Positions 18,985-30,053 are shown, counted from the stretch's first letter. The stretch: DNA of 64,000 bases from Candidatus Spongiisociaceae bacterium (GCA_965262915.1 OZ253564.1:3008001-3072000); one strand, 5' to 3'. Translations and numbers: made by a program. Notes: generated from the letters alone by a model not told the origin.

Positions 18985-21900
18985 CTATCGGGCGGCCCGT
19001 ACAACCCCGGGTCGGACCAGGACCGGCGCCTCGTCCATCCGCTTGGTCAGCGCCTGGGAGGAACCGCCCGGCTCCATGGTCACCCCGTAGAGAATGTCGG
19101 CCGCCCGCATGGTGGCCTGCTGATGGGTGACCACGATCAGCTGGGCATCGTCGCGGAACTCGTCCACCAGGCGGAGGAGCCGGTGCAGGTTGGCGTCGTC
19201 CAGCGCCGCGTCAACCTCGTCGAGGATGTAGAAGGGGCCGGGCCGGGCCGCGAAGACGGCGAACAGGAAGGCGAGGGCGGCCAGCGACCGCTCCCCTCCT
19301 GACAGCAGGGCGAGCCTTCCGATCTTCTTGCCGAGCGGTTGTGCCTCGATCTCGACCGCGGAGGCGAGCGGGTCGTCGGGGTTCGACAGGACCAGCCGGC
19401 CCGTTCCACCGGGGAACAACACCGCAAAGAAGCGCCAGTAGTGGCGAGCGGTATCCTCGAAGGTCTTCCGGAACAGGTTCTCCATCTCGGTGTCGAGGGC
19501 GATGATCACCTTGTCCAGTTCGCTTCTGGACGTCTCGAGGTCGGACAACTGTCCGGCAATCAGCTGATGCCGCTCGTCGAGCCGGCGGTACTCCTCGGTG
19601 GCCAGCAGGTTGATGGCGCCCATCCGGGACAGCTCGGCCATCAGGGATGCAGCCCGGCCGGCCGGATCGTCGCCCGCCGTAGGAGGACGTTCCGAGGCTA
19701 GGGCCTGCTCCTCGGACGCGTCGGTGTCCCGCCGGAGACCTTCGGCTACCGACTCCTCCCGCATCCGCAACTCGGTCTCCTCGACCGCCAGTTCGCCGAG
19801 CCGTTCCCGGGCGGCTTCGATGGTCGCCGCAACTCCGGACACCTGTCGCCGAACTCCGGCCAGGCGACTGTCATCGGTCGCGATCCTGCTTCTGAGCTCC
19901 TTGCGGCGTCCGGCCAGCTCCTCCAGCTTGGCGAGCACCACGACCAGCACCCGCCTTGACATGTCCTCGACCACCCGCGCTTTCTCGAGCTCCGATGGCT
20001 CGACAGGCGCCTCATCCGATCCTCCCAGCTCGCCCCTCACCCTCTCCAGGCGGTTGTGGAGCATCCGGCGCCGCTCTACGGCCGCGCCCAGCTTCCGGAT
20101 GGCGTTGTCCCTGGCGCGGCGGTCGGCTGCGTGCTGGTGCTCGACGGCTTCCCGCTCCCGCGTGGCCTTCTCGCGGGAACGCTCCTCACGCGCCAGGTGG
20201 TCGCGGGCCGCGGTGATCCGTTCCCGTAGCCGGGCGACGCGCTGCTCCCGTTGCTCGACCGAACGGCGGACCGCCTCGAGGCGCAGCTCCAGTCCCGCTA
20301 TCCCTTTCTCACTCGAGACCCGGGCCCGAGCGAGCCGTTCCAGGTCGCCGGACGCCCGAGCCTGCCGCGACTCCAGGGCCGCAAGCCGGTCGCGCGCCGA
20401 ATCGTGCTCGCTGCGGACGCGCTCCAGTTCGGCTCGGGCGAGCGCCCCGGCCTCCCTGGCCATCGCCTCGCCGGTCTCGGCGGCGGACGCGGCCCGGCGG
20501 GCGGCCTCTATCACGCTTGGCGATACCTCGTCGGGATCGGAGGGCCGCACTCCGAGGGAGGTGACCAGGTCGCCCTCCGGCGTAACCGCCCGGATCCCCG
20601 GTTCGTGCTCGACGATGTCCCACCCCGTGCTCCAGCCCTCGACCATAACGATGTCTCCCAGGACCGCAGCGGCCAGCGTACGGTTCGCGCCGGGACCGAG
20701 CCGGTCCACCAGCGCCTCCACCCCCCACCGACCGGAGGCGGCAACCGCCGGCGGTTCCCCCGGGGAGGGTGGTGGAACGATGAGGGGGAGGCCTCCCAAC
20801 CCTTCGGACTTGAGCACTCCCACCGCCCGCCGGACTCCCCTTCCCCCGTCGAGCACCAGGGCCTCGGCCCATCCACCCACCGCGGCGTCCACCGCTGCCA
20901 GCAGGTGGTCGGGTACGTCCAGCAGGTCGGCGAGTGCTCCGATCACCCCGTCGGCGCCCGCGAGGCGCTCCCTGGCCGAGGCGCGGGAGTGACCGGCCGC
21001 GGCCTCGAAGGCTTCAGCCTTGGCCACGGCGGCGATCCGATCGGCCTCTGCGGCCCGGAGCCGGCGCTCAGTCCGCTCCCATGCCGCCTGCCTGGATCCA
21101 AGCACTCCGGCAGCCGCGTCGCGCCGCGTTCGCGCCGGACCCAGCCGCTCGGCACAAGAACGTAGCTGCTCCTCCAGAGATTGGGCCTCCTCCGACTCCT
21201 CGCTACTGCGGGACTCGGTGGCCTTCAGCCGGGAGACGAGGCTCTGCTCATCTTGGGAGTCACGGGCGGCGGCAGCCTCCATGGACCGGAGGTCGTGGTG
21301 CATCATGACCAGGTCCGTCTCGGCCGCTGCGGGCTGTTGCGCCCGCGCCGAGCGTATCCGGTCCTCGGCGGCACGGAGCTCCGCTTCACCGGCCTCGACC
21401 TCCTGGCGCACCTCCCGCTCCTCGGAGGCTGCCTCCTCCAGCCGGAGGACCAGGAGCTCCGCTTCCCGGGCGAGGTGGCGCCGCCGCGCCGCGGTCTCCT
21501 CGATCCGGGCGGTCAACCCCCCGGCGCGCTCGCGGGCCACCTGTACGATCCCGCGCAGGCGGGCGGCTACCGTTTCGAGGCCGGCGGCGGCTGCCGTGTC
21601 GCGTTTCAATGTCCGGGACGTGGCGGCCGACCTCTCCTCGATCCGGGCCATCCGCTCCTCCAGTCGACCCATCTCCGAGCGCTCCCCGGCCAGTCGCTCG
21701 TCGAGTACAGCCCGTTCTTCCGACAGGTCCCAGGATCTCTGCCTCAGGTTTCGCAGGTCCTCGCCACCCAGCCAGAGCCTCAGTGACCGCAACTCGGCCC
21801 GGACGGTGTCATGTCGCTCGGCCGCCTCGACCTGCCGGCGTAGGGGTCGCTTGCGCCGGTCGATCTCGCGGAGGATGTCGTGAAGCCTCACGACGTCGGC

Positions 21901-22455
21901 GTCGGTCCGCTTCAGACGTCGGATCGCCTTGGCCTTGCGCACCTGGTGCTTGAGGATCCCGGCGGCCTCCTCGATTATCCGGCGCCGGTGGTTGCCCTTG
22001 GCGGTCAGGATCGACTCCAGCCGGCCCTGGCCGACGATCAGATGTTGCGTGCGCCCGATGCCGCTGTCCGACAGCAGGTCCTGGACATCGAGTAACCGGC
22101 AGCCGACGCCGTTGATCTCGTACTCGGACAGGCCTCCCCGGAACAGGCGTCGGGTCAGCGACACCTCGTCGAGTTCGAGCGGAAGGATGCGGTCGTTGTT
22201 CTCGAGCACCAGCGTGACCTCGGCCCTGGAATGGGACGCCCGAGTGGCGGTGCCGGCGAAGATGACTTCGTCCATCCGCTCGGTCCGGAGAGCCTTGGTG
22301 AACTGGGCGCCGAGTACCCAGGCGACCGCGTCCACGATGTTGGACTTGCCGGTGCCGTTGGGTCCCACCACAACCGACACACCGGGCTCGAACTCCAGCA
22401 GGGTCCGGTCGGCGAAGGATTTGAACCCGGCCAGCTTGATCGATTTGAGATACAA
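18985..22455 (-). CDS. smc: Chromosome partition protein SMC
   Basis: GFKSFAD, GPNGTGKSN, LSGGE and LDEVDAALD motifs, long coiled coils; TTG start at 22455. Confidence 0.95.
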   Translation of the reverse strand: MYLKSIKLAGFKSFADRTLLEFEPGVSVVVGPNGTGKSNIVDAVAWVLGAQFTKALRTERMDEVIFAGTATRASHSRAEVTLVLENNDRILPLELDEVSLTRRLFRGGLSEYEINGVGCRLLDVQDLLSDSGIGRTQHLIVGQGRLESILTAKGNHRRRIIEEAAGILKHQVRKAKAIRRLKRTDADVVRLHDILREIDRRKRPLRRQVEAAERHDTVRAELRSLRLWLGGEDLRNLRQRSWDLSEERAVLDERLAGERSEMGRLEERMARIEERSAATSRTLKRDTAAAAGLETVAARLRGIVQVARERAGGLTARIEETAARRRHLAREAELLVLRLEEAASEEREVRQEVEAGEAELRAAEDRIRSARAQQPAAAETDLVMMHHDLRSMEAAAARDSQDEQSLVSRLKATESRSSEESEEAQSLEEQLRSCAERLGPARTRRDAAAGVLGSRQAAWERTERRLRAAEADRIAAVAKAEAFEAAAGHSRASARERLAGADGVIGALADLLDVPDHLLAAVDAAVGGWAEALVLDGGRGVRRAVGVLKSEGLGGLPLIVPPPSPGEPPAVAASGRWGVEALVDRLGPGANRTLAAAVLGDIVMVEGWSTGWDIVEHEPGIRAVTPEGDLVTSLGVRPSDPDEVSPSVIEAARRAASAAETGEAMAREAGALARAELERVRSEHDSARDRLAALESRQARASGDLERLARARVSSEKGIAGLELRLEAVRRSVEQREQRVARLRERITAARDHLAREERSREKATREREAVEHQHAADRRARDNAIRKLGAAVERRRMLHNRLERVRGELGGSDEAPVEPSELEKARVVEDMSRRVLVVVLAKLEELAGRRKELRSRIATDDSRLAGVRRQVSGVAATIEAARERLGELAVEETELRMREESVAEGLRRDTDASEEQALASERPPTAGDDPAGRAASLMAELSRMGAINLLATEEYRRLDERHQLIAGQLSDLETSRSELDKVIIALDTEMENLFRKTFEDTARHYWRFFAVLFPGGTGRLVLSNPDDPLASAVEIEAQPLGKKIGRLALLSGGERSLAALAFLFAVFAARPGPFYILDEVDAALDDANLHRLLRLVDEFRDDAQLIVVTHQQATMRAADILYGVTMEPGGSSQALTKRMDEAPVLVRPGVVRAAR

Positions 22456-22577
22456 GTCACACCCTTGTGATTCCGTAACCGCGCACGATAGCGGCCCCGG
22501 GTGGGTTGCCGTGGCAACCGCCCGCCAACCGAGGTGTACTCCACCTGCCTGCAGACTCGGAGGGAACCCTGCCCGGC

Positions 22578-23408
22578 TCAGGTCTGGCAGGCGGGACACC
22601 GGAAGGAGGACCGTCCGCCTATCACTTCTCGGAGGATTCGGGTGCCGCACCTGTGGCACGGTTCTCCATTCCGGCCGTAGACCTCCAGGTGCTCGAGATA
22701 CTGGCCGGCCCTCCCGTCGGGCAGGAGGTAGGCGAGGTCGTCGAGGGAGGTCCCGCCGTGCTCGAGACCTGCCGCCAGAACCGTGCGGATTGCGCCCCGC
22801 AGGGCCTGGAACTCGGCAAGTCGCAGCGAACCCGCCGGCCTGCCCCCGGCGATACGGGCACCGAAGAGCACCTCGCCGGCGTAGATGTTCCCCAACCCGG
22901 CCAGGAAACGCTGATCGATCAGCAGGGTCTTGATGGCGACCCGCCGTCCCGCGGCCCTGCTTGCCAGCGACTCGGCCGGAGGGAGCGCCGTGAGCGCATC
23001 AGGTCCCAGGGAGGCCAGGGTCGAGGCGGCCAGTTCGTCCGCTGTGAACACGGCCGTGAAACCGAAGGTGCGGGGATCCACCATCCGCACCTCGCAGCCG
23101 GGCCCGGTCCGGATCACGACGCGGGTATGCCGCGCTTCGGCCGCGCCCGGCACCGCGACCGACATCCTCCCCGACATGCCCAGGTGGGTGACCCAGGTGA
23201 GTTCGTCCCCCACATCGAACATGAGGAACTTGCCCAACCGGCCCAGAGAACGCACCACCCGTCCAACGAGGCGGGAGGCGAAGTCAGCCGGGTCCGGCTG
23301 CCGTCGCAGCATCCTGGGGTGGTGGACCCGGACCGCGACGATCCGCCGGCCGGACAGGGCGGTGATCAGCCCTCGCCGGGTGGTCTCGACCTCGGGCAGT
23401 TCGGGCAA
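22578..23408 (-). CDS. mutM: Formamidopyrimidine-DNA glycosylase
   Basis: PELPEVET, HLGMSG, GLGNIY motifs and C-terminal zinc finger. Confidence 0.95.
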   Translation of the reverse strand: MPELPEVETTRRGLITALSGRRIVAVRVHHPRMLRRQPDPADFASRLVGRVVRSLGRLGKFLMFDVGDELTWVTHLGMSGRMSVAVPGAAEARHTRVVIRTGPGCEVRMVDPRTFGFTAVFTADELAASTLASLGPDALTALPPAESLASRAAGRRVAIKTLLIDQRFLAGLGNIYAGEVLFGARIAGGRPAGSLRLAEFQALRGAIRTVLAAGLEHGGTSLDDLAYLLPDGRAGQYLEHLEVYGRNGEPCHRCGTRILREVIGGRSSFRCPACQT

Positions 23409-23416
23409 CTAGACCA

Positions 23417-24127
23417 CTAGTCGGGATTCTCCGTCGTGGTGGCCAGGGCCTCCAGAGCCTGGCGAGCCGCCGACTGCTGCGCCTCCCGTTTGGAGCGACC
23501 CGTACCGGCGCCCAGGTCGGTTCCGTCCACCGACACCACCGCGGTGAACCGTTTCTCGTGATCCGGACCCGCCTCCGTGAGCCGGTAGCCGGGTCGCGTC
23601 CCCTCCTGTGCCAGATGCTCCTGCAGTCGGCTCTTGTAGTCGCTCCAGCCCGGCGACTCTGCCCGGTGCCGTATCCGATCCTCCCACAGGCGCAGTATGA
23701 TCCGCCGGGCGGGATCCAGGCCGCCGTCGAGGTACACCGCTCCGAGAACCGCCTCCATCGCGTCGGCCAGGATGGAAGGCTTGGAACTCCCTCCGGTCGC
23801 CTCCTCCCCCTTACCCAGCATCAGATACGCGCCCAGTCCGAGTTGGCGGGCGACCCCGTGGAGAACCTCCTTGTTGACCGAGGACGAACGGAGCTTGGCC
23901 AGGTCACCCTCGGGATGGTCCGGGTAGTGGGAGAATATGAAGTCGGTCACCACCAACTGCAGGATGGTGTCCCCCAGAAACTCCAGACGTTCGTTGGAAG
24001 GTCCCCGCCCGGACTCGGCTATCCAGGATCGGTGACGCAGCGCCTCGTGGAGATGCTCAGGATTCGTGAACGAGTATTCGAGCGCGCGTTCCAGACCATC
24101 GGTTTGGGCGCCGTCGGGGTCGGTCAT
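23417..24127 (-). CDS. rnc: Ribonuclease III
   Basis: NERLEFLGD signature and dsRBD; ATG overlaps the plsX stop. Confidence 0.95.
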   Translation of the reverse strand: MTDPDGAQTDGLERALEYSFTNPEHLHEALRHRSWIAESGRGPSNERLEFLGDTILQLVVTDFIFSHYPDHPEGDLAKLRSSSVNKEVLHGVARQLGLGAYLMLGKGEEATGGSSKPSILADAMEAVLGAVYLDGGLDPARRIILRLWEDRIRHRAESPGWSDYKSRLQEHLAQEGTRPGYRLTEAGPDHEKRFTAVVSVDGTDLGAGTGRSKREAQQSAARQALEALATTTENPD

Positions 24128-25098
24128 GAGCGGACCAGTCCCTGTTCGAGGCGCTCCACCAGACCGCCCTTGACACCTTCGGTGGCGAGCTGGATGGCAT
24201 TGAAGATGGCCAACCGTGACGACGAACCGTGGCATATGACCACCCCGGCCGACGTACCGACCAGATGGGCGCCGCCGTAACGCTCGGGGTTGGTGATCCC
24301 GTGGATCTCGGCCATCGAACCAGCGATCCGGGATAGCACCTCATCCGGCAGATGGCGGAAAGCCCGGTCGATCAGCCGGACCACCAGCCCGGCAGCGCCT
24401 TCGATGCTCTTTAGGGCCACGTTGCCGGTGAAGCCGTCGGTCACGAACACATCGGCCATATCGCGGGTGATGTCGCCGCCTTCGAGATTACCCACGAAGT
24501 TGACCGGCGCCTCCTCCAGCAGCCGGAAAGCGGAACGCTCCAGATCACGTCCCTTCGAGGGCTCCCCGCCGATGTTGAGCAGGGCGACCCGGGGACGGTC
24601 GATCCCGTAGACGATCTCGGCCAGGAGTGCGCCCATGACGCCGAACTGGACCATATGAACGGGGCGTACCTCGAGGTTGGCCCCGGCGTCGAGCAGCAGG
24701 GCCGGTCTGTCAGGGCCGGGAATGGGGGTGGCTATGGCCGGGCGAAGCACCCCCTTGAGCCGGCCGATCACTATCGAGGCCGCCGCCATGGCTGCTCCCG
24801 TGGATCCCGCCGACACAAGCGCGTCGGCCTGCCTGGCGGCTACCAGGCGGGCCGCGGTCAGCACCGAGGATCCAGGCTTGTCCCGCACGGCTTTGGCCGG
24901 GTCGTCGTGCATCTCCACCACTTCGGGGGCATGCACGAACTCGAGGTAGGCGCCGGCCGCCACCAATGCGGGTTCCACCACTTCCTGGCGACCGACCAGC
25001 ACCACCTCGTGGCCCGTCTCGGCGGCCATCAGGGCTCCGGCCACTATCTCCGCCGGGCCCCGGTCGGTGCCCATCACGTCCAGCGCTATCCGTGCCAA
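24124..25098 (-). CDS. plsX: Phosphate acyltransferase PlsX
   Basis: IALDVMGTD, SAGSTGA, DGFTGNVALK and CHGSS motifs. Confidence 0.93.
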   Translation of the reverse strand: MARIALDVMGTDRGPAEIVAGALMAAETGHEVVLVGRQEVVEPALVAAGAYLEFVHAPEVVEMHDDPAKAVRDKPGSSVLTAARLVAARQADALVSAGSTGAAMAAASIVIGRLKGVLRPAIATPIPGPDRPALLLDAGANLEVRPVHMVQFGVMGALLAEIVYGIDRPRVALLNIGGEPSKGRDLERSAFRLLEEAPVNFVGNLEGGDITRDMADVFVTDGFTGNVALKSIEGAAGLVVRLIDRAFRHLPDEVLSRIAGSMAEIHGITNPERYGGAHLVGTSAGVVICHGSSSRLAIFNAIQLATEGVKGGLVERLEQGLVRS

Positions 25099-25334
25099 GG
25101 AGCTCTCCGCGAACTATCCGCTTCCGGGGAAGCCGTCTTTCCGACCGGTCGCGATACGCCAACGGTCGGCATCACGCTGGGCGGCGCCACATCAACATGA
25201 CGGAAGGCCCGACGCGCCGCGCATGCACGGTGCGTCCGTATACCCGATTCCTGCAAGCTGCATCCCGATATACCGGCTACCCCCACACCCGGGGTCCATG
25301 TGGCGACTCGCATTCGGAAACCTCTTGTTGGGGA

Positions 25335-25526
25335 TCAGCTGTAGGTGTCCACCACTGTCCGGCCGCGGTAGGTACCGCAGCCGCCCTCACCCGTGCACGC
25401 ACGGTGCGGCAGCTTGGGCCGGCCGCACCTAGGGCAGGTGACAGTCCGCACGGGACGCATCTTCATCGCCTCCGCCTTGCGCCGTCGAGTGCGAGAGCGC
25501 GACATCTTTCTCTTCGGCACTGCCAT
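25335..25526 (-). CDS. rpmF: 50S ribosomal protein L32
   Basis: MAVPKRKMSRSRTRRRKA plus zinc-ribbon cysteines. Confidence 0.95.
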   Translation of the reverse strand: MAVPKRKMSRSRTRRRKAEAMKMRPVRTVTCPRCGRPKLPHRACTGEGGCGTYRGRTVVDTYS

Positions 25527-25676
25527 GACGTACCCCTTCGGTTATGACGATCCGCTTCCCACCGGTGTTCAACTCCGGGCCTCGCGGTCTATCTGCAAAC
25601 AACTTAGCGTGCTCTGCCTGCCATCGACGCTCCTCGCTGCCGGCGCGTACCAGGACGCCATTTCACGGACATACCA

Positions 25677-26174
25677 CTAGTGGTCCAGCAGGCCTTCCAG
25701 CGCAGCGAATGGGGACCCGGATGCTTCGGAGTGCCCTCCACAGGGATCCACATTCAAGTCGTTTCCGCATGAAGCGCAAAGTCCCTGGCAGACCTCCGAG
25801 CATAGCGGTACCAGCGGTATGGACAAGCACAACTCGTCGTGGAGGACCTCGGAGAGGTCGATGGCGCCGTCGGGACCGATCGGGAGGATATCGGTTCCGG
25901 TCTCCTCCCCGAAGGCCTGGACGACCGGAGCGATGGCTTGGAACGAGACCGCGCCCAGACAACGGTTGCACCGGAGCAGCATCGAAGCCGTCACCTCTCC
26001 GCGTACCAGGACGCCGCCGTTCATCTCCTCGATCCGGACCTGGGCGTCGATCGGCCCGCACTCTTCGATCTGGTCGACTTGGACCTCTATCGAACCCGAT
26101 ACGCTGACACGGCGCTGCGCGCCGTGGCGTCGGAGCAGATCGGAGATCTGGACGAGGAATGAGTGGTTCCGCAC
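25677..26174 (-). CDS. YceD/DUF177 family protein
   Basis: CNRCL and PLCSEVCQGLCASCG motifs; directly upstream of rpmF. Confidence 0.9.
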   Translation of the reverse strand: MRNHSFLVQISDLLRRHGAQRRVSVSGSIEVQVDQIEECGPIDAQVRIEEMNGGVLVRGEVTASMLLRCNRCLGAVSFQAIAPVVQAFGEETGTDILPIGPDGAIDLSEVLHDELCLSIPLVPLCSEVCQGLCASCGNDLNVDPCGGHSEASGSPFAALEGLLDH

Positions 26175-26216
26175 AGTTCGAAGAGTACCGTGACCCGGGA
26201 GGTCGTCGAGCGCGTG

Positions 26217-26735
26217 CTACCCGCCCCGGGGCCGGGTCTGGCGGAGTTCGGTGCGCATCGAGCGGATCTGGTCCAGCACTCGGGCCAGCAGGGTCTCCAA
26301 CCGTTCGAGGCGGTCCTCGACGTAGTCCTCGGCCTCCAGACGGATCCGGTGGGCGCGGTCCTCCGCCCTCCGCACGAGGATGTTGGCCTCCTCGGTCGCC
26401 TCGGCGATGATGTTGGTGTCGGACACCATCTGGTCGGCCTTCTGGCGGGCCCTTTGCACCAGGTCGCGCACGCGTTCGTTGGTCCTGGCGACGAAGACCT
26501 CACGTTCCCTGACCATCCATCGGGCAGCCCTCATCTCCTCGGGCAGGCGATCCTCGATGACCGCCAGAGTCTGCAGCATCTGCTCGCGATCAACGATGAC
26601 CTTGCCCGACGCGGGTATGTTCTTGGCCTCGGAGATCGCCATGATCATCTCCGACACGAGGTCCTGTATCTCCCCGACCGAGGGAACAGCACCGGGGGGT
26701 TCCCCTCCGCCTCGGCGTTCTCGATCACCGTTCAT
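26217..26735 (-). CDS. Coiled-coil protein, SepIVA/DivIVA-like
   Basis: LPEEMRAARW...EAEDYVEDRL; conserved position between coaD and DUF177. Confidence 0.7.
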   Translation of the reverse strand: MNGDRERRGGGEPPGAVPSVGEIQDLVSEMIMAISEAKNIPASGKVIVDREQMLQTLAVIEDRLPEEMRAARWMVREREVFVARTNERVRDLVQRARQKADQMVSDTNIIAEATEEANILVRRAEDRAHRIRLEAEDYVEDRLERLETLLARVLDQIRSMRTELRQTRPRGG

Positions 26736-27207
26736 GCGACCACCGTTCCTTCATCAAGTGGCCCACCTCCGCGGGTACCAGGCTCTCCACCGTTCCTCCC
26801 AGGCTGCCCACCTCCTTCACCAAGGAAGATGAAAGGTAGCCGTGTTCGGGACTGGTGGGGATGAACACGGTATCCATCCCCGAAAGGCTGTGGTTCATCT
26901 GAGCCATCTGGAGCTCGTAATCGAAGTCCGACACCGCCCTCAGACCCTTGACGATCACGTTGACCCCCCGCGACCTGGCAAAGTCGACCAGCAAGCCGTC
27001 GAACGAGGCAACCTCGACCCCGGGTTCGTCGGCAAAGAGTTTCCGCAGCATGTCCACCCGTTCACCCGACGTGAACATCGGGGTCTTGGACGCATTGCGA
27101 ATAACCGCCACGACCACACGCCCGAACACCGAAACGCTGCGCCGGATCACATCCACATGTCCGTTGGTGGGCGGATCGAAGCTTCCGGGACAGACTGCTG
27201 TAGCCAC
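26725..27207 (-). CDS. coaD: Phosphopantetheine adenylyltransferase
   Basis: PGSFDPPTNGH, KGLRAVSDFDYE and SSSLVKE motifs. Confidence 0.96.
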   Translation of the reverse strand: MATAVCPGSFDPPTNGHVDVIRRSVSVFGRVVVAVIRNASKTPMFTSGERVDMLRKLFADEPGVEVASFDGLLVDFARSRGVNVIVKGLRAVSDFDYELQMAQMNHSLSGMDTVFIPTSPEHGYLSSSLVKEVGSLGGTVESLVPAEVGHLMKERWSHER

Positions 27208-27256
27208 CCTTCTCCTATCCTTACGGTTGGGTCTAAATCTAACGCCTGCGCGTCGC

Positions 27257-27829
27257 CTATTCGTCGCTTGTCGGAGTACGCCGGTAACGCCAGATGCGCG
27301 TCGTCCCGTAGGTGTGCTCACTTTCCGCTACCAACCCCGGCGCCTCCGGCCGCTCCGTATCCGAGCGACGATGCACGACCACGGACCCGTCCATCCGCAC
27401 CAGGGGCGTCAGCGAGCGCAACGTTGCTACAACCGACGCTAGCGAGTGACGGTAAGGGGGGTCAACGAACACCAGGTCGTATGGGCCCTCTCCGTCGCGG
27501 ATGGTTCGGGCGGCGGACCGTGCCAGGAACCGGGCCACGTCGGTGGGCACCACCCGCCCGCCGAGCCCCACCATGCCCACGTTCACCTGCAGAGCCGTCA
27601 CGGCGGATCGGTCCCGTTCGACGAACGTGGCCGAGGCGGCGCCCCTGCTCAACGCCTCCAGTCCCAGGGAACCCGTCCCGGCGTAGAGATCGAGTACGCG
27701 GGCACCGGGGATCGAAGCGGCGATGGCCGAGAATACGGCTTCCCGCGCCCGGTCGGTCATCGGCCGGGTTGCCAGACCGGCCGGCGCTCTGAGCCGCCGC
27801 CCCTTCGCCACACCCGCGATCACCCGCAT
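27257..27829 (-). CDS. rsmD: 16S rRNA m2G966 methyltransferase
   Basis: MRVIAG, DLYAGTGSLGLEALSRGA and DPPY motifs. Confidence 0.93.
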   Translation of the reverse strand: MRVIAGVAKGRRLRAPAGLATRPMTDRAREAVFSAIAASIPGARVLDLYAGTGSLGLEALSRGAASATFVERDRSAVTALQVNVGMVGLGGRVVPTDVARFLARSAARTIRDGEGPYDLVFVDPPYRHSLASVVATLRSLTPLVRMDGSVVVHRRSDTERPEAPGLVAESEHTYGTTRIWRYRRTPTSDE

Positions 27830-27842
27830 GCCTCGGGCTCCC

Positions 27843-30053
27843 TCATGATTTGAAGAGCCACTCGACCGCGTCTCCCAGCAGGACCCGTACCTCTTCGCGC
27901 ACTTCCGGGTGCCGGTCGAGGCTCGGATCATCCCCTACGAGAGCGAACGCTTCGCGCCGGGCCGCCACCAGTTCCTTCCGGTCCCTGAGGATATCGGCGA
28001 TCCGCAGGTCCGAGAACCCGGACTGGCGAGCTCCGAAAACGGTTCCGTGGCCCCTGATGCGGAGGTCCTCTTCAGCCAGCCGGAAACCGTCGGAGATCTT
28101 GACCATGGCGCTGATCCTCTCGGCACCCTCTTTGGTGGCCGGATCCGCCAACAGGATGCACTGCCCGGGATGGGAACCTCTGCCCACCCGTCCTCGGAGC
28201 TGGTGCAGTTGGCTCAGCCCGAAGCGGTCGGCATCGCGGATGACCATGACGGTGGCGTTGGGGATGTCGATACCCACCTCGATGACGGTGGTGGCGACCA
28301 GTACGTCTAGTTCACCGGACCGGACGGCATCCATCACCCCTTCCTTGGCGGAGGGTCGCATCTGTCCGTGTAACAGCCCGAGGCGCATTTCTGGAAACAC
28401 TTCGCCCAGCCGCTCGCGCTCCGCCACCGCCGAAGCAGCCGCCACGCGTTCGGAACCCTCGACCAGCGGGCAGACCACGAACGCCTGCCGTCCCTTCTCC
28501 ACCTCCTGGCGGATCGTCCGCTGGACCTTCTCGATATCGGGACCTTCCTTGGAGGCGGACCATGTTCTCACAGGCCGGCGTCCGGGAGGCATCTCGTCCA
28601 GTTCCGAGACGTCGAGGTCTCCGTAAAGGGTCATCGAAAGCGTTCTCGGGATGGGCGTGGCGGTCATGATGAGGAGGTCCGGATCGATCCCCTTGGCCTT
28701 GTCCTTGAGCTTCACCCGCTGGTGGACTCCGAAGCGATGCTGCTCGTCGACCACGGCCACTCCCAGCCGGGAGAACCGGACGCCCTCCTGGATGAGGGCG
28801 TGGGTGCCGATCACGATATCGATGTCTCCTCGGGCGATACCCTCGAGAAGCTCGTTGCGACCGGTGGCGCTCCCTTGCCGGTAGTTGAGTTTGGCACGGT
28901 TACCGGTCAGCAGGGCCACTCTGACGGGCGGGCGGCCGCCGGTCGTATCGATCAGCGCCAGCAACCCCTCGAAGCTCGGCGCCATCCCGGCACCGGCCAG
29001 GAGCCGGGTGATCCCCTCGTAGTGCTGGTCGGCGAGTACCTCGGTGGGCGCCATCACGGCCGCCTGGAATCCTCCCTGCACACCGGTCAGGACGGTGGCC
29101 ACTGCCACCGCGGTCTTGCCGGAACCCACCTCGCCCTGGAGGAGGCGGTGCATGGGGCGGGGAGCACCCAGGTCCCCGGCGATCTCGTCGATCACGCGCT
29201 GCTGGGCCCCGGTCAGCCGGTAGGGGAGACCTCGCACGAACCGCTCGACCAGCCCGTCCTCGGGATCGACGTGGTGGGATACGCCGACCGCCGTCTCGGT
29301 CTTGTGGAGCTTGGTCATCGCCAGTGCCACCTCTAGGCGGAAGAACTCGTCGAACACCAGCCGCCGGCGCGCCGGCCCGACAGATGCCAGGGAGTCGGGG
29401 AAGTGGACGGCGGAAATGGCCTGGTCGCGCGGAACCAGCCCGAGACGTTCCACCAGATCCCCCGGCAACGGGTCCGCGATGGGGCGGGAGCGTCTCAACG
29501 CGTTGTGGATGCCTAGGCGGAGGTAGGGAGGGGTGGCATCCCCGACAGCCCGGTAGACGGGGACCACCCGGCCCACCGCCAGGTTCTCGTGGCCGGTGGC
29601 GAGCACGTCCACGGCGGGGGAGTTCATCTGGAGCCTGCCCCGGAAGCGCTCTATCTTTCCCGACAGCGCCACTTCGGCGCCGCGAGCCAGACGTCGGGCC
29701 CGGTACTGCTGGTTGAACCACACCGCCTTCATGGAGCCCGTTTCGTTGGAGACGGTCGCCTCGACAAGGACCATCCGCCGGCGTAGGCGCCGCACGTCTA
29801 CCCTGACCACCCGGCCGATGACGGTGGTCTCCACCCCCTCCTCCACCTTGTCCAGGGCCATCCTCCTGGACCGGTCCACGTGCCTGCGCGGAATGTGGAA
29901 CAGCAGGTCGGTGACCGAGCGGATCCCTCTGTCCCGTAGCGCCGCAGCCCGCTTTCCACCCAGCCACTTCACCTGATCGACCCCGATACCGTGCAGATAG
30001 GCGAGGGTCCTCCCCGCTCCGCTCGTCGTCGGGAGCCTGGTATGCCCTTCCAT
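27843..30053 (-). CDS. recG: ATP-dependent DNA helicase RecG
   Basis: QGEVGSGKT, DEQHRFG and QLRGRVGRG motifs. Confidence 0.95.
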   Translation of the reverse strand: MEGHTRLPTTSGAGRTLAYLHGIGVDQVKWLGGKRAAALRDRGIRSVTDLLFHIPRRHVDRSRRMALDKVEEGVETTVIGRVVRVDVRRLRRRMVLVEATVSNETGSMKAVWFNQQYRARRLARGAEVALSGKIERFRGRLQMNSPAVDVLATGHENLAVGRVVPVYRAVGDATPPYLRLGIHNALRRSRPIADPLPGDLVERLGLVPRDQAISAVHFPDSLASVGPARRRLVFDEFFRLEVALAMTKLHKTETAVGVSHHVDPEDGLVERFVRGLPYRLTGAQQRVIDEIAGDLGAPRPMHRLLQGEVGSGKTAVAVATVLTGVQGGFQAAVMAPTEVLADQHYEGITRLLAGAGMAPSFEGLLALIDTTGGRPPVRVALLTGNRAKLNYRQGSATGRNELLEGIARGDIDIVIGTHALIQEGVRFSRLGVAVVDEQHRFGVHQRVKLKDKAKGIDPDLLIMTATPIPRTLSMTLYGDLDVSELDEMPPGRRPVRTWSASKEGPDIEKVQRTIRQEVEKGRQAFVVCPLVEGSERVAAASAVAERERLGEVFPEMRLGLLHGQMRPSAKEGVMDAVRSGELDVLVATTVIEVGIDIPNATVMVIRDADRFGLSQLHQLRGRVGRGSHPGQCILLADPATKEGAERISAMVKISDGFRLAEEDLRIRGHGTVFGARQSGFSDLRIADILRDRKELVAARREAFALVGDDPSLDRHPEVREEVRVLLGDAVEWLFKS